Positions 52,091 to 64,000 of a stretch of DNA of 64,000 nt are shown one piece after another. A model generated the notes under the pieces. That model saw nothing but the letters and a program-made list of their open reading frames with translations. It searched no databases and was not told the DNA's origin. Positions within the stretch are counted from its first letter, which is position 1. Every line of letters begins with the position of its first letter. The stretch is from contig OX597828.1 of NCBI GenBank assembly GCA_951406725.2, forward strand, positions 73,160,001-73,224,000, given 5' to 3'. This DNA comes from Octopus vulgaris. Lineage: Eukaryota. The position numbers and the translations under genes are program-made.

Positions 52091-53222
52091 AAACCACAGA
52101 GAGTTAGCAGAAATAACACAAGCCTTCGAACCCAAAATAAACCTGCACCAAAGCCTTAGTTTTCTCCTAGTTGCAAACATTTGGTCAATGCTAAGTCCCC
52201 AAGCGCTTCATCCCAAGTCGCTGTCTTGTACGATCGAAGCCTGAAGAAATATAGTTGAGAAACTTCCAGTTATGTCCAAAGTAGAAAAGTCCCTAAATTA
52301 GAATGTAAACAAACAAATAAAACAACAATAGAAAATAAAAATACAAAGAATCATAGAAATCGAAGCAGAAAGATGAAATATACGATTTTATATCCCAGAG
52401 TACATATTTTAATGTTTTGAAGAATCAGAAACATCCAGCCAATAAACAAATTGTTCAATTTTTTTGTCGTTTCGGTTCGATTTCACATCGTTTCCTCTTT
52501 TTTTTTTTTTTTTCTTTAAATATAAGTTTAAATATTCCTGTCCTTTTCTTTATATATAGATACATTTATATTTCTTTTCTTTTTTTCCTGTAAAGTTTGT
52601 GTTAATTTACTTCGTGATGTTGGAATTCCTATTTCATATTCAGGGTATTTTAATGTTTTGGGGAGTTGAGTGGGGTGACGGGCTGGGGGTTGGCTTATGA
52701 GAAAAAGATTAAAACAAAATAGTGATGATGATAATAACAATAACAACAACAATAATAATAATAATAATATTGATAATAATAATATATGTAACATTGATGA
52801 AGTCAGCTAGTATTTATATTCTATTTATTAATATTATTGTTATTATTATTCTTGCTATTGCTGTTTTTTCTTTGTATTTTTGTCTGTAAATTCTGTCTAA
52901 GACTCAGAGTTCATTAAGCATTAAAAAATTAATTAAATTAATTTCTTTAATGAACTCTATTTGCTGTTCTTAACGAGCCAATATATGTGTTTGTATGTAG
53001 GTATATATTTATATATATGATTGTGTGTATGTGTGTCTATATATGTATGAATGTAATATATGTATATATATATATGTGTGTGTGTTTATGTGTGTGCACG
53101 TATATATGTATGTAAACCTACGTATCAATGTGCTATATATATATATGTAAATACATACATATATGTAAACTTGTATTAAATATATATATATATATATCAT
53201 ATTATATATTATATATTATATA

Positions 53223-53269
<47 letters not shown>

Positions 53270-53534
53270 GAGAGAGATGTGTTTTCAGACAGAGACCACC
53301 AGGAGAGAGAAGGAAAGAGAAGAGAAGGATTTGAAATAAAAACACGACTGTGTTATAAACAAAGTATAAATCTTTTCTTCCATTTTCTTTTTGCGTTCGC
53401 GCAACACCTTTTTTGTTGTGCGAATAAGATTTTATTCCCGTGTGGTGTTTTTTTGTTTTCCTCTTTAAATTTCGTTTCCATAAATTACCTCCCCTTCGTT
53501 CTTTGCAGTTTCTTCCCCTTTAGATATCACTGTT

Positions 53535-53576
<42 letters not shown>

Positions 53577-53995
53577 ATATGATGTTGCAGCTGTTCGTGT
53601 CATTGCTGTATGCTAGTCTCAGTGTCTAAGTTAATAAGAATAAAAGTCTGATTTGATAGATCGATAGGTAAAATGGAGAGTTCTCTAAAATGAACAGTAA
53701 ACGGTGTAGGTTAAATTTTCCACGATTCGCTTCGTAGAAAATGTAGTTAAAATGGTTGAAGATCATCACGAAGAAATGAATTCAGTGCTTGGATGTTCCT
53801 CTTCGACACAAATAATGTCTCTTGCTTGCTTTCTTCTGTGTGTGTATGTGTGTTATTTTAACCTAAAATTGAAAATGAATCAGCAAATTATAATACATGT
53901 TATTTCAACAGGTGTTATTCTATTTAATTTTAAAATACATAATTACATACGTATATACATGCATACATACATATATACATATACAAACATATATG

Positions 53996-54027
<32 letters not shown>

Positions 54028-54361
54028 CTCTTATTTGTTTATACATATATATTTATATGTATATCAATGATGGATATTTCTGACGTCCTTTCCATGTGAT
54101 AATCTTACTCGGCTCTGATCTTTGTACAATAAATCTTGATTATATAATTTGCATTATGCATCTATTAATCAGCCTGTGTTAATGAAACATACATAAGAGC
54201 GGGGGACTGAATATCTTACGGGCAAATTCCTCATGTTCATGTTTGTGTGTGTGCGCGTGTGTATGTGCGTGTGTGTGTATGTGTCTGTGTGTTTCTATGC
54301 TTTTAATTACAAGTAAGACGGCCCTACCCACAGTTTCTGCCAATCAATTATACTCCCAAAG

Positions 54362-54778
54362 CAAGGCGGAGAGCTGGCAGAAACGTTAGCACGTCGGGCG
54401 AAATGCATAGCGGTGTTTCGTCTGCCGTTACGTTGTGAGTTCAAATTTCGCCGAGGTCGACTTTACCTTTCATCCTTTCGAGGTCGATAAATTAAGTACC
54501 ATTTACGCACTGGGGTCGATGTAATCGACTTAATGCCTATCTCTGTCCTTTTTTGTCCCCTCTATGTTTAGCCCCTTGTGGGTAATAAAGAAATAGGTAT
54601 TTCGTCTGCTGTTACGTTGTGAGTTCAAATTCTGCCGAGGTCAACTTTGCATTTCATCCTTTCGTGGTCGATAAATTAAGTACCAGTTACTCACTGGGGT
54701 CTATGTAATCGACTTAATTCGCTTGTCTGTCCTTGTTTGTCTCCTCTATGTTTAGCCCCTTGTGGGTTATAAAGAAAC
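54362..54778 (+). mobile_element. SINE family A head-to-tail dimer
   Basis: Full copy to AAAGAAATA (about 54596) joined to GGTATTTCGTCTG... of a second, head-less copy. Confidence 0.9.
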
Positions 54779-55114
54779 TTATACACCCAAAGCAATGTTT
54801 GGCTCGAGGCTTTAGTAGTAGACATCTGCCCTCTATTCCCACCGCGGGACTGAACCTGAAATCCTATGGTTGCAACGCAAGCTTCTTAACCCAGACGTCA
54901 TGCCTTTCTCTATTGTCGATATAGTATTTGTTTGATGTTGTTTAATGGTTAACTCGATTTCCGTACTCGATGGAACACGAGATCGATCCTCTACATCCGT
55001 GTTCCACAAACAGTTTGGCATTACCGACAGGTCTCATGCAAATCATTTCTTCCGCGGACTGAGCGATCACGCGCTTCAGAAAACCTAATAAAGTGCATAA
55101 TATATAATGTATTA

Positions 55115-55420
55115 ACGTCGTAACGTATAATCCACATTTTCCCCCTAAAATGTAATGGTCAAAATCCCTAGTGCGTACAATATACGGGGTTAGAAATGAA
55201 AATTATTTTCTAAGCAATGTCCGAGTCTCTATTTGCTGTCCGGTAATGTTTATTCAGACGCATTTTGTGATGTCGGGCGCGAAAAAACTTTAAGCTAAGC
55301 CTGAAATCAATGAAGTCGTAAAAAAAATCATCCATAACTTGCAGTAAGCAACATTTATTAAACGTTATTACTGTTATTTCTTTATTTTCTGCAAACAAAA
55401 TGCACAAAAAAGCTATACGT
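55115..55420 (+). mobile_element. Probable TcMar (Tc2/pogo-like) non-autonomous DNA transposon fragment
   Basis: Subterminal palindromic motifs CGTATAATCCACA...TGCGTACAATATACG typical of such elements. Confidence 0.35.
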
Positions 55421-57133
55421 TTGCATTATGTTATATATACAATAATAATAAAGTACGTTCAGGAATCGAAACCACAATATTACGATCATGAATCCAAAAC
55501 CCTAACCGCTAAGTCACTCTCCTCCACACAAAGACACACACACAGATATATACTTTTGTATGGAGTAGGTTTCTTCCAGTTTCCGTATACTAAATCCTCT
55601 CACAATGTTTTACTTGATCTGGAGCTTTAGAGGAAAACACTTGCCCAAAGTACTCCATGGTGGGGCTTAAGCCAGGGCGATGTGGTTGGGAGGTTAGATC
55701 GCATATAGTTAGAGGTTTATCAGATTTGCGCCGATCCAGAACCGAAAATCCATTGAAAACTTACAAACTGCTTTTCATATTGTTTGATAGAGTCAAGTTT
55801 CTACTACATCATGGAGGTTATTTGTAGCACGTTGGACAGAAATATTTCAGGCCTCATTACGGGTGGTCGAATACAGAATGTCATATCGCTGGCCTGTAAC
55901 AAGACCTCACCAAACTGTTAGCTGATTATAAAACCCGCGCCATATTTGGTTCTTTTTCATGTCTTATTTTTCAATTTAATCGTAATTTGTTTGAACAAGA
56001 GAAGAAATTATTGGAAATGTGGAAGGAAAGATAATTTATGAAGGGTTTCATTAACGCAGAGAAAATCAAATAGATAATAAGTTAATAGAGGTTAAAGAAA
56101 GATAAATCAATTAATTAAAATTGCATAATTATATTTCAATTTTTTGATCTCTCCATGTAATTATAATAAACAATCAATATATAAGATAACAAATAAGGCA
56201 ATACTATTTATATTAATAATAATAATAGTAATATTAAAATTAAAATAAAATGTCAAAGGAAAGATTCAAGAAAAGGCACTTGCAAATTGCTTTGTATAAA
56301 GTTTATTTTATAATTAATCACATTTACCATAGTATGAAAATATTATCAAATTTAATTTACAGATTAAGTGTTAAAATATGATTACGAATTAATTAAAAAG
56401 GATTTGGATTAATTTATTAAAATTCCCAAGAAAATAACAGAAAACAAATTCTTTAAAATACAAAAACTTCCGTCTGTAAAACATAAAAAAGAGAAAAGGC
56501 AATTATGTAAACACAAATCAACATTTATTGTAATTGTGTGAAAAGTAATGATAAATAAATGTAATTAACGATAGCAATGGTGATGATGATGGTGATGACG
56601 GTTGTGACGATGACAATGATGAAGGTGATGATGATGATGATGATTATGGTGGTGATGATGACGACGATGATGATGTCGATGGTGATGATGACGACGACTA
56701 AGGTGATGATATATGAAAATTTGGGAGATTAAAAACATGGTGTAGATTATGATGTTGCTGATGATGATGATGAGAACGATGATGATGAAAATAATGATAA
56801 GAAGAGGTATGATTGTGACATTGATAATGATGATCATGATGATGATGGTGACGAAGAAGGAGATGATGATAATGGCGGCAACAGTGATGATGGCGATAAT
56901 GATGTTAATTATTATTAGGATGTAAAATAATCGAAATTGAAATTTTCTCCAAGAAAAGTTGTCTAACTAGAAAATGAGACGAAAGCAAAAATGCGTTCAG
57001 AGACACATGGACACACACTCACACACACGTACACACACAAACACACACATGCACACACATGTATATATCCCGAAATATATATACATGTATACATATATCT
57101 ACATATGTATATATATATAAATACATATATATA

Positions 57134-57174
<41 letters not shown>

Positions 57175-57195
57175 CTATATGTATATGTATATATT

Positions 57196-57318
<123 letters not shown>

Positions 57319-57356
57319 GAAACACTCGGCCCCTTATCCACCCATATATGAATATA

Positions 57357-57586
57357 TATTTCTTTACTACCCACAAGGGGCTAAACATAGAGGAGACAAA
57401 CAAGGACAGACAAAGGGATTAAGTCGATTACATCTACCCCAGTGCGAAACTGGTACTTTATTTATCGACCCCGAAAGGATGAAAGGAAAAGTCTACCTCG
57501 GCGGAATTTGAACTCGGAACGTAACGTCTGACGAAATACCGCTAAGCATTTCGCCCGGCGCGCTAACGTTTCTGCCAGCTCGCCGC
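57357..57586 (-). mobile_element. Young SINE family A with 16-bp TSD
   Basis: CCCATATATGAATATA at 57341-57356 and 57586-57601. Confidence 0.92.
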
Positions 57587-57876
57587 CCATATATGAATAT
57601 AATGTATACTTGCAGATATATTCATATATGGGAGGATGTGTGTGTGTGTGTGTGATGCGGATGGGGGGGGGGAAGGAAACCAGCATTGGTGAAAATTGAG
57701 CTCAGACTGGTGAAATATACATGATTGCAGATGGCGACAGGCGTCAAGAACACGAACGATGTTTGAAATTCATGAAACCGTAGAAATATTGACTGAAATG
57801 ATTGCGATAATGGCATATACATGTATGCATACACACCGACACACGAACACGGACACGCACATATTATATATACATA

Positions 57877-57953
<77 letters not shown>

Positions 57954-57955
57954 GT

Positions 57956-58245
57956 ATATATTGTATTAAGGATCGTGAGTAAGGCCACAACAATGCGAAG
58001 TAAATGCAATAGATATATGAGTTAATGTAGACTTATCTTGCATTCGATATTTCAGGGTTATGACCCCATCCTCGAAAAATTAACGAGTGCTGCAACATTC
58101 GTTAATTTCTTGAAAATGGGGTCATAACCCCTTGAATATTGAATGCAAGTTAAGTCTACATTAACCCATATTTATTTTCTTGTGATTTGCCTTGCTTTTG
58201 TTTCGAATTGTTCTGGCCTTACCCACCTTCATTTATACAATATAT
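57956..58245. mobile_element. Foldback (fully palindromic) MITE-like element
   Basis: Whole ~290 bp is an imperfect palindrome centred near 58092; ends ATATATTGTAT / ATACAATATAT. Confidence 0.75.
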
Positions 58246-58804
58246 TCTACACAATGCTTCATCAGATCTATTCAATTATAATACGTATCTTTATATGTAT
58301 GCAAGTATGTCTATACAGCGAAATTGATGAAAAAATAGCAGAGTGAACATGCCCTGAAAAGTTAAATGAGCAACATTTCGGACATATTCCTTCTTCAAAG
58401 AAATGTTGGGTTAAGAAATTAATGAAAGGTTGCTGAGTTTTACATCCTCTGTCTTTGATTCCCGGTACCCAAGCTAGGAGGCACCATTTTAAAATCAGGA
58501 AGACCAGATAGACTGCTGACCAATATGGCCCGTGGCAGTATTTGAACTCAGAACGCAAGACAGCGACTTTTTCCTGTTTACCGCATTAAATCAGTAATTT
58601 TTATATCGATTTCGAAAGGAGGAAAAACAAACTTACCTGGCTCTCTCTTTCTGTATCTGTCTGTCTCTCTCTCCTTCTCTCTCTCTCTCTCTGCATCTTT
58701 TTCTTTCTCCCTCCTCCTCTCAGTCTCTTTCTTCCTCTCATTTTCTCTGCCTCTCTTTTTGTGAATCTCTTTCTCTTCATCTCTCTCCTTTGTGTCTCGT
58801 TCTC

Positions 58805-59255
58805 TTCTACTCTAGGCACAAAGCCCGAAATTTTGGGGGAGGGGATCAGTCGATTAGATCGACTCCAGTACGTAGAACTGGTAGTTAATTAATCGTCTCC
58901 AGTACGCAGAACTGGTACTTAATTAAGTACTCGGAACTGGTACTTAATTAATCGACGCCGAAAGGATGAAAGGCAAAGTCAACCTGGGCGAAATTTGAAC
59001 TGAGAGCGTAAAAGACAGACGAAATACCTATTTCTTTACTACTCACAAGGGGCTAAACACATAGAGGACAAATAAGACAAACGGATTAAGTCGATTATAT
59101 CGATCCCAGTGCGTAACTGGTACTTATTTAATCGACCCCGAAAGGATGAAAGGCAAAGTCGACCTCGGCGGAATTTGAACTCAGAACGTAGCGGCAGACG
59201 AAATACTCCTAAGCATCTCGCCCGGCGTGCTAACCACTCTGCCAGCTCGTCACCT
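58805..59255 (-). mobile_element. SINE family A composite: type-1 copy joined to type-2 copy, with internal triplication
   Basis: Junction GACGAAATACC|TATTTCTTTACT at about 59028; AGTAC..GAACTGGTA.TTAATTAA repeated three times at 58866-58952. Confidence 0.88.
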
Positions 59256-59318
59256 TTCTCTCTGTCTTATTCTACTAGTGTATGATTTACATTATCTATC
59301 GTGTGATATTTTTTGATA

Positions 59319-59648
59319 GTGAAGGCGTGTGGCTTAGTGGCTTTGTGGTTAGGGTATCCGGTTCACGATCGAAAGGTCGCTAGTTCGATTCCCAGCGGCG
59401 CGTTGTGTCCTTGAGCAAGACACTTTATTTCACGTTGCTCCGGTCCACTCACCTGGCAAAAGTGAGTTGTACTTGTATTTCAAAGAGACCAGCCTCCTCA
59501 CACTCTGTTTCACGCTGAATCTCCCTGGGAACTACGTTAAAACAACCAGTGACTGCGGAGTGCTCAGCCACGTGCCATTAATTTCACGAGCAAATGTTCC
59601 ATTGATGGGTCAACTGGAATTCTCGTCGTCGTAAGCGACGGAATGCCA
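59319..59648 (+). mobile_element. SINE family C, full length
   Basis: GTGAAGGCGTGTGGCTTAGTGG...AGTTCGATTCCC...GTGTCCTTGAGCAAGACAC...CTCGTCGTCGTAAGCGACGG. Confidence 0.88.
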
Positions 59649-60481
59649 GATTCTTCTTACATAAGATTGCACTGTGGTAATTCGAGGTGGAATTGGTTGT
59701 TATTTCTAGAGGGTCGAAGGTTCTTCTCGAGAGACAGGTGATGTTTGGTACTGGTAGTGGCGGCTGATTGTGGAATACATGGAGTCATTTGTTAATTAAA
59801 GTGACTATTGAGCGTTTCTGCACGACAGGGGTCACCGTGTCAAATAAGAGTTAAATGTTTGGCAAATTTAGCTTTGAAAATGTCGAGGAAATTTAATTGT
59901 TGTCTATTTGAACTGAAGAGGGAGGGTGTGTTGAGGCGGGGTGTTTTGTGAGAGCGTGTGTGGACATGTGTATTTGGGAGAGAGGTGTTGCGAAGTTTGA
60001 AGAATGTTAATAGAATGTAAGAGGTGGTGTTGGTGTTGGCGGCGGCTGTGGTGGTGGAAGTGGAACTAATAAGGACGGTAATAATGGCAGAAAAAGTGAA
60101 CCTCTAATTAGTAAGTGATGTTTCCAATCAAGAAGTGTCAATAATTATTGGTATAGCTGAAACCACACACACACACACACACACACACACTTACATACAC
60201 GTGTATTTATGTATACGTAAGCAAATCGATTCCTCCGATTTACCGAAGTCTTCATTTCTATAAACTCCACCTCTTTCCGATGAGAGGGACGGATGTTCGG
60301 TTCCTGATTGGATTCCAAATTGAAGTGAGGCCAAGTTAGATCAATGCCGCTTTCTCTGTCCAGTGGTCAAGTGTAGACAAAGAGTTGTACACAATTCTCC
60401 TGAGTCTCTAATTCAGCGTAATATACACCCGGGAACCTTTGTTAATTATATCTAATCTACGTATATGCATATGTATGTATG

Positions 60482-60533
<52 letters not shown>

Positions 60534-61251
60534 TGTATGTATGCCTACCAATACGCACACTCACTCGTACGTATGTATGTATTGTATTATTTATGTACGT
60601 ATGTATGTATGTATGTATATATGTATGTATTGTATTTATGTACGTATGTATGTATGTATGTATGTATTGTATTGTATGTATTTATGTATGTATGTATGTA
60701 TGTATTGTATGTATTTATGTACGTATGTATGTATGTATTTATGTATGTATATAGAGAAAGCGCGAGATTGAGAAAGACAGAGAGAGTGAGAGCATTACAT
60801 TATATTACAGCTTCTAAAATATGTGTGGTGTCTAGCGTTATTTACTCTCAGGTCTAAGGCATTCCAAACATGACCATCATGCCTTATCAGAAGACATAGA
60901 CTACCTCGGAGTATCCCAATATGCTTTTAATTTTAAATATAAATTTGTGAGTAACTGCGACATCCGCGGCTGCTATTTCTGACAAATTCCTTAACGGCAT
61001 AGACACCTCCTTATCGGGCCGCAAGCGATTGTTGGTTCGGTGTCCACATAACTGGTTACTTGTTCATTAAGTATTGCTTGATCTCAGAATCCCCTATTTA
61101 GTAGTGGCGTACACACTGGATCTATAACTTGTGGTCAGCATAACTAATATATTTCACTCATACATAAAAGTTAACACAGGTGTTTAGATTAGCGCTTCTT
61201 CTACCTGTCTGTGTGTTGTTCCATGTATCAATTGAATATTACGTGCTTATA

Positions 61252-61486
61252 CAGGGTTGGCCAAAACTTCACCTGGCAGTTTAATTAAAGTCATTTAATT
61301 CTAAGATTTATTTAAGTTTAACAACTGAACGGATTTAACAAAAGCATCTAATTAAGAAACATCATGAAAACCGTTCAAACTGAAGACTTTCTTGAGCGAT
61401 ACATTTTTCCATTCGACTCAATACAGAATTATAGAGAGTATTTATGGAATTTTGATTTACTGTCGCGTGACTTTTGGTCAACCTTT
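61252..61486. mobile_element. Tc1/mariner-type MITE
   Basis: TA-CAGGGTTGGCCAAAACTTCACCTGGCAGT ... ACTGTCGCGTGACTTTTGGTCAACCTTT-TA, degenerate TIRs. Confidence 0.6.
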
Positions 61487-62025
61487 TATGTGTGTGTGTG
61501 TGTGTGTGTGTGCGTGCGTTTAGGAGTGCGTACTCGAACGTACATGTATCTGTACGAAAACCACACGTACATCTGACAAACATTTATAAGTATTTTTCTA
61601 TTTCGTTTATGCAGTTTTCCACATCGATCCACTCTTGAAGTTTTTCGTAGGATAGTTCTTTCAGGAAATGTTGATAGCTCCTTACTCAACACTTCTTTTG
61701 AGGAAAAAAAAAGATGTGATGCCTCCAACCATATTTTCAACGGTGTAACGCAGGCAGATTCGTAGAGAGGGGTGAGAAATAGGGAGGAAGAAGACTGAGA
61801 TAGAGGAGGAGAGAGAGAGCTGTACTGAGAGAGAGAGATAGAGAGAGAGAGAGAAAGAGTGCGACAGCGAGTAAGACTAGAATCAACTTCAGTAAACAAA
61901 ATGCGTAGTGACTTGCCAGGACTTGAACTTAGAACACAAAGAAATGAAACACGTTACAACGCATTCGATTCACCAACTTATCCACACAAACACACACACA
62001 CATTTATATGTGCATACGCTTACAT

Positions 62026-62090
<65 letters not shown>

Positions 62091-62129
62091 TATAGCTATA
62101 TATATAGATATATATATTTGTATATATAT

Positions 62130-62285
62130 GACGGACTTCTCTCAGTTTCCGTCTACCAAATCCACTCACAAGGCTTTGGTCGGCCTGAAACTATAGTAAA
62201 AGGCACATTTGCCCAAGGTGCCTCACAGTGGGACTGAACCCGGATCCATGTTGTTAGGAAGTAAGATTCTTACCACACATTGCTA
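62130..62285 (-). mobile_element. SINE family B, 5' half
   Basis: CAGTTTCCGTCTACCAAATCCACTCACAAGGCTTTGGTCGGCC...GGGACTGAACCCGG. Confidence 0.85.
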
Positions 62286-62684
62286 CTGATATAAACATCA
62301 TCGATCCCACATAGTCAGTATATATTCCGTTTGTTCGCCGGAGTCGTGGCTGAATAGCGATTATGGACGACCCCTGTTAACGCTAGGTTTTAAAACACCT
62401 GAAATTCATAGAGAGGCGGGAAGGTTCCATTCCGGTGCGTGATGTTGATTAACCACAAAATTGGTACAACATCAATATCCATCAGCACTGTATTCGGTCC
62501 GAGGTGAGCTGTTCACCCGTCTATGACTTTCCGGCGCTTTAACACCAAGCATTAACAGAGGTCGACCCCAAGCGATCTATCGCAGCAAACCCTGCGAACA
62601 AACATAACCCGTACAGTGTGTATGTGCGATGTATATTTATATATACATATGTATAGATATATATCTATATGTATGTATGTGCAT

Positions 62685-62779
<95 letters not shown>

Positions 62780-62786
62780 TGTGTGT

Positions 62787-63132
62787 GGAGGCGCAATAGT
62801 CCAGTGGTTAGGGCAACATACTCGCTGTCGAAGGGTCGCGTTTTCGATTCCCAGACTGGGCGTTGTGAGTGTTTTCAATAAACACCTAATGGTCCACGGG
62901 GCTCCGGCATGGGGTAGTGGCGAATCCTGCTGTACTCTTTCATCACAACTTTCTTTCACTTTTTCTTCCTGTTTCTGTTGTACCTGTATTTCAAAGGGCC
63001 AGCCTTCTCACTCTCTGTGTCTCGCTGAATTTCCCCGAGAATTACGTTAAGTGTACACGTGTCTATGGAGTGCTCAGCCATTTGCTACTTAATTTCATGA
63101 GCAGGCTGTTCCGTTGATCGGATCAACTGGAG
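62787..63132 (+). mobile_element. SINE with a distinct tRNA-like head fused to the family C 3' body
   Basis: Head GGAGGCGCAATAGTCCAGTGGTTAGGG...TTCGATTCCC; from TTGTACCTGTATTTCAAAGGGCCAGCC onward it aligns with 59467-59620. Confidence 0.75.
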
Positions 63133-63178
<46 letters not shown>

Positions 63179-63221
63179 ATATATATATTTATATTTATAT
63201 ACTTACACGTATATATTCTTT

Positions 63222-63622
63222 TATTCTTTAATCCTTTTACTTGCTTCAGGTTGCGGTCATGCTGGGATCGCGCCTTAAAGAATCATTTTGCCGAACGCAT
63301 CGACCCCAGTACCTAGTTTAGCAAGCCTGGTAATTATTTTATTGCTCTCTTTTACCGAAACGCTATGTTACAGACACGTAACCACACCATCACCGATGTG
63401 AAGCGGTTGTGGCGGTGGTGGGGGGAGAAAAATATAGACACAAGGACAAACACACACACACGTATATAAACATATACATACTCTTGATTTCTTGCAGGTT
63501 CCTTCTACCAAATCCATTCGCAAGTCTTTGGTTGGCCCGTGGTTATAGTAGAAGCCACTTGCCTAAGTTGCCATGCAGTCGGATTGAAACCGGAACTACA
63601 TGGTTTGGAAGCAAACATGCCT
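63222..63622 (-). mobile_element. SINE family B, diverged
   Basis: TTTTACTTGCTTCAG...ATCGACCCCAG...CACTTGCCTAAG...GATTGAAACCGG. Confidence 0.75.
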
Positions 63623-63649
63623 ATATATATATACATACATACATACATA

Positions 63650-63724
<75 letters not shown>

Positions 63725-63780
63725 GTATATATATATGCATATATACATACATGTATATATATGTATATATACATATCATT

Positions 63781-63825
<45 letters not shown>

Positions 63826-64000
63826 ATAAACATAGATACATATGTATATACATTGAGGTAGATACTTGTATATGATGTTTGTTAAATAAGAAATGAATGA
63901 ACACCGAACTCACTCACCGATTTGACGGCCAACCAAGGACTCATGTTGTTGTTGCTTTTCCTCTTCCGGTCGACAACCCAAATGTGGGGCAGCAAAAGCC

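Noticed and set aside
52906-52958. 12-bp stem AT-rich hairpin
   Set aside because: Short and very AT-rich; compatible with chance in this composition.

Overview
AT-rich, microsatellite-saturated eukaryotic genomic DNA. The SINE, MITE and microsatellite content looks like an Octopus (coleoid cephalopod) genome; this is an inference from repeat families I recognise. The only well-supported host gene is the 3' part of a spliced + strand gene, with exons at 106-293, 959-988, 3290-3435, 5298-5409 and 6907-6978. It encodes a type I membrane protein of the cation-dependent mannose-6-phosphate receptor / ATG27 (MRH domain) family ending in a YQEI sorting motif. The rest is intergenic or intronic repeat: three to four tRNA-derived SINE families, a full-length frameshifted DD34D mariner, mariner/Tc1 MITEs, RTE and R4/Dong LINE fragments, and four Penelope-like (GIY-YIG) relics. 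The most striking unexplained structure is a set of short non-coding elements lodged in or next to (TA)n tracts. They carry minimal type I hammerhead-ribozyme motifs (several with variant cores) and/or are inserted as inverted duplications that form 40-230 bp hairpins. This is consistent with several families of non-autonomous Penelope-dependent, retrozyme-like elements. Almost all ORFs in the supplied track are microsatellite artefacts. Repeat boundaries were read by eye and are approximate.
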